Assembly: GCA_937127125.1 (NCBI GenBank)
Contig: CAKZLO010000014.1
Span: 36,255 to 100,254 of the forward strand
Direction: 5' to 3'
Origin: an uncultured Ardenticatenia bacterium
GTDB taxonomy: Bacteria > Chloroflexota > Anaerolineae > 4572-78 > NAK82
Length of the DNA stretch: 64,000 bases
Part shown: positions 9,491 through 18,924 of the stretch, piece by piece
Numbering within the stretch: position 1 is the stretch's first letter
Layout of the letters: each line of letters opens with the position of its first letter
The notes under the pieces: model-generated
What the model was told of the DNA's origin: nothing
Database searches by the model: none
What the model saw: only the letters and a program-made list of their open reading frames with translations
Position numbers and translations under genes: made by a program

Positions 9491-10813
9491 ATGATGTCTA
9501 TGCGTGCTGTGGACATTATTGCTAAGAAACGAGATGGCGCTGAGCTTTCCACGGCTGAAATTGAGTTCTTTGTGCAGGGTTACACGAGCGGTAACATTCC
9601 TGACTACCAGGCAGCTGCATGGTGTATGGCAGTGCTGCTGCGTGGCATGAGCGCACGTGAGGCCACCGATCTGACGCTGGCTATGGCACATTCTGGCCAT
9701 ATGCTTGATCTGAGCGGGGTGGCAGAGCACATTGCGGACAAGCATTCCACTGGTGGCGTAGGTGACAAGACCACCTTGGTAGTAGCGCCGCTTGTGGCTA
9801 GCTCTGGATTGCCGGTCGGTAAGATGAGCGGTCGCGGACTGGGATTTTCCGGCGGCACCGTCGACAAACTGGAGAGCATTCCGGGCTACCGCGTCGAGCT
9901 CAGCCACTCCCAGTTTGTCCATCAGTTGCGTGAACATGGCATTGTTGTTGCTGCCCAGTCGTCTGATCTGGCGCCGGCTGATGGGAAGTTCTATGCTTTG
10001 CGCGACGTCACCGCTACCGTGGAAAGCATTCCTCTGATCGCTAGTAGCATTATGAGCAAGAAAATTGCTGCCGGGGCCAATGCGATCGTCTTGGATGTTA
10101 AGGTGGGTAGCGGTGCCTTTATGAAGACATTGGAGGCCGCACGCGAATTAGCTGATCTTATGATCACCATCGGGCAGGCAGCTGGCCGCCGTGTCGCTGC
10201 CGTCATTGCGGATATGAACCAGCCACTTGGATGCGCCGTTGGCAATTCGCTAGAGGTACAGGAAGCAATTAGTGTCTTGCAGGGCAACGGTCCAAGTGAC
10301 TTGCTTGAGCACTGCCTGACAGTAGGTAGCCTGATGCTCGTGCTGGCTGGCCATACCCCCACTCTAGAAGAGGGACGCGCTGTGCTGATCCACAAATTGT
10401 CCAGTGGCGCAGCATGGCACAAGTTTGTCGAGTGGATCACTGCTCAAGGGGGTGACTTGGCAGTGCTAGAGAACCCCCTACGCTTGCCCCATGCCTCTTT
10501 GATCGAGGAGTTGCCTTCGCCTCGAGCAGGCTACATCGCTGCAATCGATGCTCAAGCTGTCGGGGAGGCCAGCGTGCTGCTAGGAGCTGGCCGTGAGAAA
10601 AAGGGTGATACAATCGATCACGCGGTCGGGATTGTATTACGCAAGAAAGTGGGCGATGCCGTAGAGCGCAAAGAACCATTGCTGGTATTGCATGCTAACC
10701 GCAGCGATCGGCTTGCGGCAGCGCGAAGACATCTGCTCAACGCATTCCGCTGGAGCGATGCGCCACCTCCACCGCTCACACATGTCTACGAAATCATTCC
10801 CAAGCCGGTGTAG
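9491..10813 (+). CDS. pdp: Pyrimidine-nucleoside (thymidine) phosphorylase
   Basis: Motifs DKHSTGGVGDK, KMSGRGLGFSGGTVDKLE and SSIMSKK. Confidence 0.95.
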   Translation: MMSMRAVDIIAKKRDGAELSTAEIEFFVQGYTSGNIPDYQAAAWCMAVLLRGMSAREATDLTLAMAHSGHMLDLSGVAEHIADKHSTGGVGDKTTLVVAPLVASSGLPVGKMSGRGLGFSGGTVDKLESIPGYRVELSHSQFVHQLREHGIVVAAQSSDLAPADGKFYALRDVTATVESIPLIASSIMSKKIAAGANAIVLDVKVGSGAFMKTLEAARELADLMITIGQAAGRRVAAVIADMNQPLGCAVGNSLEVQEAISVLQGNGPSDLLEHCLTVGSLMLVLAGHTPTLEEGRAVLIHKLSSGAAWHKFVEWITAQGGDLAVLENPLRLPHASLIEELPSPRAGYIAAIDAQAVGEASVLLGAGREKKGDTIDHAVGIVLRKKVGDAVERKEPLLVLHANRSDRLAAARRHLLNAFRWSDAPPPPLTHVYEIIPKPV

Positions 10814-10823
10814 ACGTGTAAAC

Positions 10824-11984
10824 CTAGTACACGAAGCGCTGCGTGGCAAAGCTCTTCCCGACAAAAGCAGGGTCTTCGGTGCTTCGCCAACGACTATGCC
10901 AATCGTCCCAGACATTCCAGCGCCCAGAGCGCCAGAGGATGTAACCGTCTATCTCACCACGCAGAAACGCTTCTAGTGCTGCTGGGGGCATAGTCAGAAA
11001 GGTTATGTAACGCACACCGTCAAATAGCCCCACCGTCAAGGGTTCCGCTACAGCACTGTCGTACAGTACCTTAAGACCCCAATAAAACTGACTGGCGACC
11101 GCCTGTTCACACTCTGGAGACAGAGTACACACTGCTTCCATCACCACAGCCAACGACCGTTTGCCACTCACCGTTGGATGGTAATACACCGCGCGCACAC
11201 GATAGCCCAACTGCTGCAATGCCCGACGAATCGCGTCAGGATTAGCACTCTCAATGACTGTCACTGTCACTAATCGCTCGACACTACCTCGCTCGCCTAC
11301 GGCCTCCAAACGGTAAGTGGTGGTCTTCTCCGGATAGACCACTGTGCTGCCAGGAGCTGTGACACCTTGACCATCCAGGTAAGCCGCCACACCGCCACTC
11401 AGGTCCCAACTCAGGGTGGCAGGCTCACCTGCGCGCACCTGACACGGCGAACAGCTGAAGTGGTGAATGACAGGTAGCCCACGAACCTCCACAGTGATCG
11501 CCTTCTCACTACGGCCATTTTGATTGGCCGCTACCAGACGATAGGTTGTTGTTTGGTCAGGATACACTGTCACTGACCCTGGCGCCTCGACTCCGCGGCC
11601 ATCCAGAGTGACCCAACGGGCACCCTGCACATCCCAGTGCAGTGTAGCAGACTCTCCGGGATCGATGGCACACGGGTTACAGCGAAACTCCTCGATAACA
11701 GGCATAAAAGGCCCCGGCGTCTCAGCTGCTGTTGGCGTGATCGAAGGGGGTGGTGATGAGAACGTTCCATCACTATACGCCGGTTGCGAAACGAGGTTGC
11801 TGCCGATAGTGCCTGGCAGCCCCAAGAACACTATGATCAGCGTCCATTTACGGAGCAGCTTCGCGATGCGCATTAAGAAAGGAGACCTACTCAACAGCTT
11901 GGATTTTATTCCATCCATATATGCCTGTCCTGAATGGTCTATCCCCATTTTACCATATTCAGCCCGTAAATTCGAACCCCCCAT
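10824..11984 (-). CDS. Hypothetical membrane-anchored protein with two tandem Ig-like repeats
   Basis: TM segment, Pro/Thr linker and two about 75-aa repeats (FxCxPCxxxxGExATLxW...LDGxGVxAPGSxxVYPxxTTTYRLxA). Start uncertain. Confidence 0.75.
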   Translation of the reverse strand: MGGSNLRAEYGKMGIDHSGQAYMDGIKSKLLSRSPFLMRIAKLLRKWTLIIVFLGLPGTIGSNLVSQPAYSDGTFSSPPPSITPTAAETPGPFMPVIEEFRCNPCAIDPGESATLHWDVQGARWVTLDGRGVEAPGSVTVYPDQTTTYRLVAANQNGRSEKAITVEVRGLPVIHHFSCSPCQVRAGEPATLSWDLSGGVAAYLDGQGVTAPGSTVVYPEKTTTYRLEAVGERGSVERLVTVTVIESANPDAIRRALQQLGYRVRAVYYHPTVSGKRSLAVVMEAVCTLSPECEQAVASQFYWGLKVLYDSAVAEPLTVGLFDGVRYITFLTMPPAALEAFLRGEIDGYILWRSGRWNVWDDWHSRWRSTEDPAFVGKSFATQRFVY

Positions 11985-12091
11985 TGGGTACTGGATAACC
12001 GCTCCAACTCAAACGATAATATTACCAAGGCGTCCTCTCCTTCCGGCAAGTCGCATGAGGTGTTTGGGGTCTGATCTTTTCGCCAGCCAAC

Positions 12092-12130
12092 ATTGTTCCC
12101 TCGGTAACATTTTTCATTTGAGGGAGCAAT
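12092..12130. promoter_or_regulatory. Inverted repeat, candidate operator upstream of the liv-mttB promoter
   Basis: ATTGTTCCCTC-N17-GAGGGAGCAAT (10 of 11 positions match). Confidence 0.4.
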
Positions 12131-12167
12131 ACCGCTTGGGTAACACTTTAGGTGAATGAATATGTGC

Positions 12168-12196
12168 TTGACCTCATAAATGATCTATGCTATGAT
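12168..12196 (+). promoter_or_regulatory. Putative sigma70 promoter of the liv-mttB operon
   Basis: TTGACC-N17-TATGAT with extended -10 TG. Confidence 0.6.
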
Positions 12197-12202
12197 GCGT
12201 CC

Positions 12203-12355
12203 CATTAATTTGGCCGGTGTGAGCTCAGACAGGGAACTTGGTGAGTTGAGCCACTGGCAATGTATCCTCACTGGTGATATCAAGCGAGACTATCCGTATC
12301 AGCGTATCCAGCCTACGCGTCTAGTGCGGGCTAGCCACTGGTTCTTTTCTTTTTG
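12203..12355 (+). promoter_or_regulatory. Candidate structured 5' leader/attenuator (no known family recognised)
   Basis: 5' hairpin 12213-12258; mutually exclusive hairpins 12310-12332 and 12321-12341; U-tract 12342-12355. Confidence 0.35.
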
Positions 12356-12645
12356 TGTGGAGTGCGGGCCTGACTTCGATACAAGCTCAGAGGAGTAGAA
12401 GATGCAGCGGATTGTTGGGCACCGCACGGTCTTGTGGTTGCTCGGCCTCTATGGCCCGTATTGCCTGCCTCAGGTAGTCGGAAATTGGTGTTAGAACAAC
12501 TGGTGCCCAGGTTGCGGAAAGGGGGTGGTCGTTGGATCTCCAGCGCTTATGATGAGAAGGATCTCCTTCAACAACTTTGTCTGTTCTACGCTTCTGTCTT
12601 AACTTCTTTACTAACAGCTTCGTGCGCTAAGGAGGGGAGCAGAAA

Positions 12646-13863
12646 ATGAAATACCGAACATTTGCACTGTGGATCATTTTGTCGTTGGTGGTCGCATTGG
12701 CAGCACAGTATGTCGCACCCGCCCCACTCGCTGCCGAGTCTCCAGGGTTAAGCGCTGCCGCGACACCAACAGCCGAAGCTGCTGAGAAACCCCAGGTCTA
12801 CAAGGTTGGCTTCATAAGCCACCTGACCGGTGACGCAGCAGTATACGGGCAGAGCATGAAGATGGGTACCGAGCTGGCAGTAGAGACGATCAATGCAGCA
12901 GGTGGCATTAATGGCGTGCCTGTCGAAGTGATCTACGAAGATGACCGGCTGTCCGCTGCGGATGCCCAAACAGCGTTCCTCAAGTTAGCGGAAGTGGACA
13001 AGGTGCCAGTTATTCTGGGATCTGCTTCCAGCACCATTAGCTTGAGCCTCTGCCCCAAGGCTCAGGAGAAGAAAGTCGTTCAGGTTTCCCAAGTTTCCAC
13101 TGCACCGGCGCTGAAGGACTGTGGGAAATACTTCTTCTCAGTGATGGCTTCTGACACGGCTCAAGGCCCTGAATGGGTCAAGGTCGCCGAATACCTAGGC
13201 GTGAAAGAAGCGGCCGTGATGTACATCAACAATGACTACGGCATCGGTGTCAAGGACACTTTCGTCCAGGCTTTCGAGGCTGCTGGTGGCAAGCTTCTCA
13301 TCGTGCAACCGTTTGAGCTGGGTGGCAAGGACTTCCGCACCGAGATTCTCAAGGTGAAAGGGACAAACCCCAAGGTCGTCTTCATTGTAGACCATGTGGC
13401 GGAGGCGAGCATTATTTTCAAACAAGCTGCCGAGCTCGGCCTGAAAACGCAGTGGGTCACCGACGTTTCCATTGTTTCACCTGAGGTGCCACAGTTGGCT
13501 GGTGCAGATGCGGTCGAAGGAATGATGGGCCTGCGCGCCGGCTCCACTCAGACGCCCGAGTACCAGGCATTCCGCGAAGCTTTCGTGAACAAATTTGGGA
13601 AAGAGCCTACGATCTGGGCCGATTTCGCGTACGACGCTATGATGCTTGTGGCAAAAGCGATCGAGAAGGGTGGCTACACGGCGGATGGTATTCAGCAAGC
13701 CCTGTTTGAAGTGGCCGAGACCTACATCGGACCATCTGGCGCCAAGAAGTTCGACGAGTACGGCATCTCGCAAGGTTCCTACGAGTGGGTGGTGGTGAAG
13801 AACGGCGAGTGGGTGCTCTACGAGAAGACTGAACAGACCGAGGAAACCGAGAAGACAGAGTAG
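12646..13863 (+). CDS. LivK/LivJ-type (HAAT) ABC transporter substrate-binding protein
   Basis: Signal peptide; motifs GTELAVETINAAGGINGVPVEVIYEDD and YDA; RBS AAGGAGGG. Confidence 0.92.
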   Translation: MKYRTFALWIILSLVVALAAQYVAPAPLAAESPGLSAAATPTAEAAEKPQVYKVGFISHLTGDAAVYGQSMKMGTELAVETINAAGGINGVPVEVIYEDDRLSAADAQTAFLKLAEVDKVPVILGSASSTISLSLCPKAQEKKVVQVSQVSTAPALKDCGKYFFSVMASDTAQGPEWVKVAEYLGVKEAAVMYINNDYGIGVKDTFVQAFEAAGGKLLIVQPFELGGKDFRTEILKVKGTNPKVVFIVDHVAEASIIFKQAAELGLKTQWVTDVSIVSPEVPQLAGADAVEGMMGLRAGSTQTPEYQAFREAFVNKFGKEPTIWADFAYDAMMLVAKAIEKGGYTADGIQQALFEVAETYIGPSGAKKFDEYGISQGSYEWVVVKNGEWVLYEKTEQTEETEKTE

Positions 13864-13900
13864 AAGTCCTTTTACCAGTTCTTACCCATGTTGCTGAGCT

Positions 13901-13941
13901 GCTGCAGAGCGCGCAGATGTCGTCTGAGTGCGCTCTGCAGC
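13901..13941 (+). other. Intergenic stem-loop after the binding-protein gene (mRNA stabiliser or partial terminator)
   Basis: Perfect 12-bp stem GCTGCAGAGCGC/GCGCTCTGCAGC between the SBP and permease genes. Confidence 0.6.
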
Positions 13942-14026
13942 TTTCGCGTAACATGGAACGGGCCAGAGAGTTCGTCGCATGAGCAGATTACCTTGATGTG
14001 ATGACCCAGCTCACAGGAGAACATTC

Positions 14027-14908
14027 GTGGAAATCTTCGTTCAGCTCCTTGTCAACGGATTGATTGCCGGCGGCACGTATGCACTCGCCGCGGTTGGTTA
14101 CAGTATGGTGTATGGAGCGTTAAAGTTTATTAACTTCGCCCACGGCTCCATTGCTATGGTGGGTGCTTATCTGGCTTTCGTGCTGACCGTCTTAGGGAAT
14201 GTACCGCTTGTGCCCGCTTTTCTATGCAGTATGGTTCTCACTGCTGGCGTGGGGGTTATGGTGGAGCGGGTAGCATATCGGCCGCTGCGCCGTGCCCCTA
14301 AGCTCGCTTCATTGACCACGGCGATTGCGGTCTCCTTCGTTCTGGATGCTGCCGTAATGATTATTATGGGCGCGGACATCCGCACATTCAATCTGACTGG
14401 CCTAGGGAGTTACCAGATCGGCCCGGTTTACATTACCCCAGTGCAAGGGGCTATCGTTGTCACGAGTCTAGTCTTTATGGTTGGGTTGTATTGGCTACTA
14501 ACGCGTACCAAGCTGGGTAAAGCGATTCGTGCAGTGGCTGACGGCATCAGCCTGGCCGAGGTGTCCGGTATCAACACGAATCTAATCATCTCCGCTGTAT
14601 TCGCCATCGGGTCGGCGCTTGCTGCGGCCTCGGGAGCGCTGATCGGAATGGATACCAACCTGCAACCTACGATGGGGTTTATTATCACGGTCAAGGCGTT
14701 TGCCGCGGTTGTGCTAGGGGGTCTTGGCAACGTATGGGGCGCCGTCGTGGGGGCCTTCCTCATCGGCGTTGTCGAGAACACCGGCGTCTGGTTTATTCCG
14801 CCGGTTTGGAAGGACTCGATTGCCTATGGAATTCTTATTCTGGCATTGTTCCTGCGACCCAGCGGTATCTTCGGCAAGAAAGAAGAAGCTCAGGTGACCG
14901 TCCTGTGA
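14027..14908 (+). CDS. livH: Branched-chain amino acid-type ABC permease (LivH family)
   Basis: Motifs INFAHG, GKAIRAVA and AVVLGGLG. Confidence 0.9.
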   Translation: MEIFVQLLVNGLIAGGTYALAAVGYSMVYGALKFINFAHGSIAMVGAYLAFVLTVLGNVPLVPAFLCSMVLTAGVGVMVERVAYRPLRRAPKLASLTTAIAVSFVLDAAVMIIMGADIRTFNLTGLGSYQIGPVYITPVQGAIVVTSLVFMVGLYWLLTRTKLGKAIRAVADGISLAEVSGINTNLIISAVFAIGSALAAASGALIGMDTNLQPTMGFIITVKAFAAVVLGGLGNVWGAVVGAFLIGVVENTGVWFIPPVWKDSIAYGILILALFLRPSGIFGKKEEAQVTVL

Positions 14909-14930
14909 ACATCACGAAGAGGTTCGCCCT

Positions 14931-15812
14931 ATGGAACTTGCGCTAGTCGTGCATTTATTGGTTGTGATCACGATCTATGGCATTTTGGCTATCTCACTCA
15001 ACCTGGTAGTAGGTGCCACGGGACTGTTCAATTTAGGCCATGCAGCTTTCTACGGCATCGGAGCTTATACCTCGGCATTGCTGGTCAAGGCAGGTGTGCC
15101 TTGGCTGCTGGCTGTTTTGGCAAGTATGGCGATGGCTGGCTTTGTGGCATTCATTATCGGCATCCCCACTTTGCGTCTCGTGGGCGACTATCTTGCAGTG
15201 GTAACAATGGGCTTGGGCGAGATCACACGCGCTGTTTTCAAGAATTGGATCTCCCTGACGCGCGGCCCCATGGGATTGCCCGGCATTCCCCACATTGCCT
15301 TCCTGGGCATCGAGTTTGACACAGCTGAGAAGTTCTTGATCCTAAGTGTGGCGTGTCTGCTGATTGTCTTTGTGATTGCCGAGCGCGTTCTATATTCCCC
15401 CTTTGGGCGGGCGCTAAAGGGGGTTCGCGAGGATGAAGCTGCCGTACAGGCGCTGGGCAAGGATACTTATTGGTTCAAGATGAGAGTGCTGATCATCGGG
15501 TCAGCAATGGCAGGATTGGCTGGCAGCCTGTTCGCCCATTATATCACGTTTATAGACCCGAGCAGCTTCGTTATGTGGTTGACGTTCTTCATCTTCCTAA
15601 TCATTGTGTTGGGTGGCCTAGGCAACAACCTCGGTGCGATAGTGGTCACAGTAGTGTTTGTCGCACTGCGTGAGGGCTTGCGCTTTGTCGGCCTGCCACT
15701 CTGGTTGAACCCTGCAGCGCTGCAGCAGCTAATATTCGGTATCTTACTGATCATTGCTACCATATTTGTCCCACGTGGTCTAATCCCAGAGCGCAAGGTA
15801 GTGTACAAATGA
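14931..15812 (+). CDS. livM: Branched-chain amino acid-type ABC permease (LivM family)
   Basis: Motifs NLGHAAFYGIGAY, LRLVGDYLAVVT and SPFGRALKGVREDE. Confidence 0.9.
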   Translation: MELALVVHLLVVITIYGILAISLNLVVGATGLFNLGHAAFYGIGAYTSALLVKAGVPWLLAVLASMAMAGFVAFIIGIPTLRLVGDYLAVVTMGLGEITRAVFKNWISLTRGPMGLPGIPHIAFLGIEFDTAEKFLILSVACLLIVFVIAERVLYSPFGRALKGVREDEAAVQALGKDTYWFKMRVLIIGSAMAGLAGSLFAHYITFIDPSSFVMWLTFFIFLIIVLGGLGNNLGAIVVTVVFVALREGLRFVGLPLWLNPAALQQLIFGILLIIATIFVPRGLIPERKVVYK

Positions 15813-16591
15813 ATGCATCTAGTGCGCCCCTGCTGCAGATCCAAGAACTTACCAAAGATTTTGGCGGCTTGCGTGCGGTTGATCACTGTTCATTCGAAAT
15901 CCCCCAAGGTAGCATTTTCGGGTTGATCGGCCCCAATGGCTCTGGGAAGACCACTGTCTTCAACTTGGTCACCGGCTTCCTTGAGCCGACCAAAGGGCGT
16001 GTTTTTTTCAAAGGGCACGATATCACTGGTATGCCGCCGCATCGTATTGCCCGCTATGGCATTGCACGCACTTTCCAGCTCGTGCGGACTTTCAACCGGA
16101 TGACCGTTATGGATAACCTGCTATTGGGGGTGCAGCACCAGCGGGGCGAAAATCTCTTATGGGGAATCCTGCAGCCACCCTCTGTACATCAAGAGGAACG
16201 CCAGGCAATCGAGCGCGCGCGTGAACTGCTCTCGATTGTGGGGTTGGGACACGCTGTCAATGAGTATTGTGGCAACCTTTCGTACGCTGAGCAGAAAATG
16301 GTGGAACTGACGCGCGCTCTGATGAGCGACCCGCAACTGGTTATGCTGGACGAACCCACCTCAGGTATCAATCCTACCTTGGTCAATCGCATCCTCGATT
16401 ACATCCGTCGGCTGCGCCAAGAACAGGGCAAAACTTTTCTGGTGGTGGAGCACGACATGCGAGTCATCATGAACCTGTGTGATCGCATTGCAGTGCTAGA
16501 CTACGGCCAGAAGATTGCCGAGGGTACACCCGCCGAAATCTGTGCGAATGCTGCAGTTATTGACGCCTACCTGGGAGCCTGTGTGGCATGA
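15809..16591 (+). CDS. livG: ABC ATP-binding protein (LivG family)
   Basis: Walker A GPNGSGKT, GIARTFQ, LDEP, EHDM and C-terminal AYLG. Confidence 0.92.
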   Translation: MNASSAPLLQIQELTKDFGGLRAVDHCSFEIPQGSIFGLIGPNGSGKTTVFNLVTGFLEPTKGRVFFKGHDITGMPPHRIARYGIARTFQLVRTFNRMTVMDNLLLGVQHQRGENLLWGILQPPSVHQEERQAIERARELLSIVGLGHAVNEYCGNLSYAEQKMVELTRALMSDPQLVMLDEPTSGINPTLVNRILDYIRRLRQEQGKTFLVVEHDMRVIMNLCDRIAVLDYGQKIAEGTPAEICANAAVIDAYLGACVA

Positions 16592-17322
16592 ACAGCTCGG
16601 ATCGCAAGTCCAACGACATTATTCTCGAGGTGCATAATTTGGTCGCAGGCTATGGAAAGAGCGAGGTATTGCACGGCGTGAACTTGGAAGTGGCCGCAGG
16701 TGAGATTGTCACTATGGTGGGAGCGAACGGCGCCGGCAAATCCACCTTGCTGCGCAGCATTTTCGGGCTGACCGATATTCATGGTGGACTGATCCGGTTT
16801 AAGGGTATGGTAATAACAAGCTTGTCTCCTCATACAATGGTTTCCCACGGCTTAGCGCTGGTGCCTCAGGAACGCAATGTTTTCCCATCCCTCACCGTGC
16901 GTGAAAACCTGGAGATGGGAGGCTTTACAGTCGACCGTGCCACGTTAGAGGAACGCATCGAACGAGTCTTTGAGCGTTTTCCCCGTTTGCGTGAGCGCCA
17001 GCGCCAGAAAGCGGGCACTCTATCGGGTGGTGAGCGCCAGATGTTGGCAATCGGGCGGGGACTGATGACTGCCCCCGATCTGTTGATGCTCGACGAACCT
17101 TCGCTGGGGCTTGCCCCCAAGATCGTGGAAACCGTCTTTGAGCAGATTCGCTTGATCCGTGAGAGTGGCACAACCGTGTTTCTTGTGGAACAGAACGCAC
17201 GACGTGCGCTCTCGATCGCCGATCGTGCCTATGTGCTCGAGTTGGGGCGCATTCGGCACCAGGGCAGTGGACAAGAGCTGCTAAACGACCCAGAGGTACA
17301 ACGCGCTTATCTGGGTGGATAG
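16588..17322 (+). CDS. livF: ABC ATP-binding protein (LivF family)
   Basis: Motifs GANGAGKS, LSGGERQMLAIGR, LDEPSLGLAP and VEQNA. Confidence 0.93.
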   Translation: MNSSDRKSNDIILEVHNLVAGYGKSEVLHGVNLEVAAGEIVTMVGANGAGKSTLLRSIFGLTDIHGGLIRFKGMVITSLSPHTMVSHGLALVPQERNVFPSLTVRENLEMGGFTVDRATLEERIERVFERFPRLRERQRQKAGTLSGGERQMLAIGRGLMTAPDLLMLDEPSLGLAPKIVETVFEQIRLIRESGTTVFLVEQNARRALSIADRAYVLELGRIRHQGSGQELLNDPEVQRAYLGG

Positions 17323-17454
17323 GGCGGCTTGCTGAAATGAACGTTGCAAATTCAACTACCATGGCCCTCCGCTCATCTCGCCCATAAGAAACCTGATAAG
17401 TCAGCCCAGCTTGTCGGAACAAGACAGCATATTATTCAAGGGGCATGACATACA

Positions 17455-18924
17455 ATGATCAGAAGCAACTACACAGCAAATGTTAATCCACGTTTTCAGG
17501 TGTTGTCACCGGATCAGGTGGAAGAGCTGCACTACGGTACGTTGGAGGTGTTGCGACGTACTGGTGTCAAGGTGCTCGTAGCAGAAGCGCGTGACCTCCT
17601 GAAAAAGGCAGGTTGCTGGATCGACGGTGAGCGAGTGCGCTTTCCACCCCACTTAGTAGAATGGGCTATCCGTACTGCTCCCTCACGCATCGTTCTATAC
17701 AATCGCCTCGGTCAGCCTGCAATGAGGTTAGAAGGTTATAAAACCTATTACGGTACCGGTTCCGATTGTCCTAATGTGATCGATCCGTATACGGGGGAGC
17801 GCAGGCAGGGACGCTTAGAGGACGTGAAGAACTTTGCGCGCCTGGTGGACGCCCTGCCCAACATCGACTTCCATATGTGTATGGCCATCGCACATGACCT
17901 CAATCAAGCCACCTCGGATATACACCATTTCGTCACCATGTTGCACCACACTACTAAGCCGTTATGTTTCACAGCTTGGAACTTGGAAAACCTTAAAGAT
18001 ATCATCGAAATATGCGAGATAGTCGCAGGTGGGACGGAAACTTTCCAGCGCAATCCGTTCGCTATCCTGTACACTGAGCCAGTTTCACCTTTGCAGCACA
18101 TTGTTGAGGGAACAACAAAGCTAATGTACATGGCGCGTAAGCGATTGCCAGTCGTCTATACGCCCGGAATGACGTTCGGCGCTGTAGCGCCCGTGACCAG
18201 TGCAGGGGGGTTATTGGTTGCTAATGCTGAGCTGCTAAGTGGCTTGGTGATTGCCCAGCTGGCTGGTGAAGGGACACCCTTCGTGTATGGTGGCGGGGTG
18301 GCCATCATGGATATGCGGCACATGAACGTCTCCTACGCTGCCCCCGAGTTCTGGATCAACATGGCTGCGCTCTGCGACATGGCACGCTATTATCAGCTGC
18401 CTGTCTTCAGCTTTGGTGGTTGCTCCGACTCTAAGGTGTTCGACCAGCAAGCCAGCTTGGAGGCAGCGTTATGGATTCTGGTCACCGCATTGGCAGGCGG
18501 AAACTTGTCCCACGACGTCGGCTACATTGAGTATGGACTAACCGCCTCGATGGAGCTGACAGTAATGAATGACGAAGTGATCGGGCTGGTGCGTCGTATT
18601 CTGGACGGGGTCGAGGTCAGCGAGGAGACCATGGCGTTAGATCTCATCGATCGTGTAGGACCAGGAGGACACTTCTTGAACGAAGAACACACTTTGCGTC
18701 ATTTCCGAGAGAACTGGTATCCCACATTGCTTAATCGTACCACCTATGCTGCCTGGCTTCAGAAAGGAGGGCATACATATGGTGAGCTGGCCAACCAGCG
18801 CGTGCGCCAGATTCTGGAGACCCACCGTCCCCAGCCTCTGCCACAAGATGTGCAAGCTGCCATCACAGCTGTGATAGAGCGCGCTGATGCGCGCTGTGGC
18901 GTTCAGACAGGAGTTAAGCAATGA
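17455..18924 (+). CDS. Trimethylamine methyltransferase (MttB) superfamily protein, non-pyrrolysine, paralog 1
   Basis: MttB-family motifs LEVLRRTGV, PVSPL, APVTSAGGL..ANAELLSG, SDSKVFDQQA and IDRVGPGGHFL; no in-frame TAG. Confidence 0.9.
   Translation: MIRSNYTANVNPRFQVLSPDQVEELHYGTLEVLRRTGVKVLVAEARDLLKKAGCWIDGERVRFPPHLVEWAIRTAPSRIVLYNRLGQPAMRLEGYKTYYGTGSDCPNVIDPYTGERRQGRLEDVKNFARLVDALPNIDFHMCMAIAHDLNQATSDIHHFVTMLHHTTKPLCFTAWNLENLKDIIEICEIVAGGTETFQRNPFAILYTEPVSPLQHIVEGTTKLMYMARKRLPVVYTPGMTFGAVAPVTSAGGLLVANAELLSGLVIAQLAGEGTPFVYGGGVAIMDMRHMNVSYAAPEFWINMAALCDMARYYQLPVFSFGGCSDSKVFDQQASLEAALWILVTALAGGNLSHDVGYIEYGLTASMELTVMNDEVIGLVRRILDGVEVSEETMALDLIDRVGPGGHFLNEEHTLRHFRENWYPTLLNRTTYAAWLQKGGHTYGELANQRVRQILETHRPQPLPQDVQAAITAVIERADARCGVQTGVKQ

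Noticed and set aside
11950..11990. GGTTCGAAT (tRNA T-loop-like) on the minus strand
   Set aside because: No T-stem pairing or cloverleaf around it.
12277..12310. TATCAAGCGAGAC resembling the start of a SAM-I riboswitch
   Set aside because: The downstream GAGGGA..GGCCC kink-turn/pseudoknot elements and GCAACC are missing.
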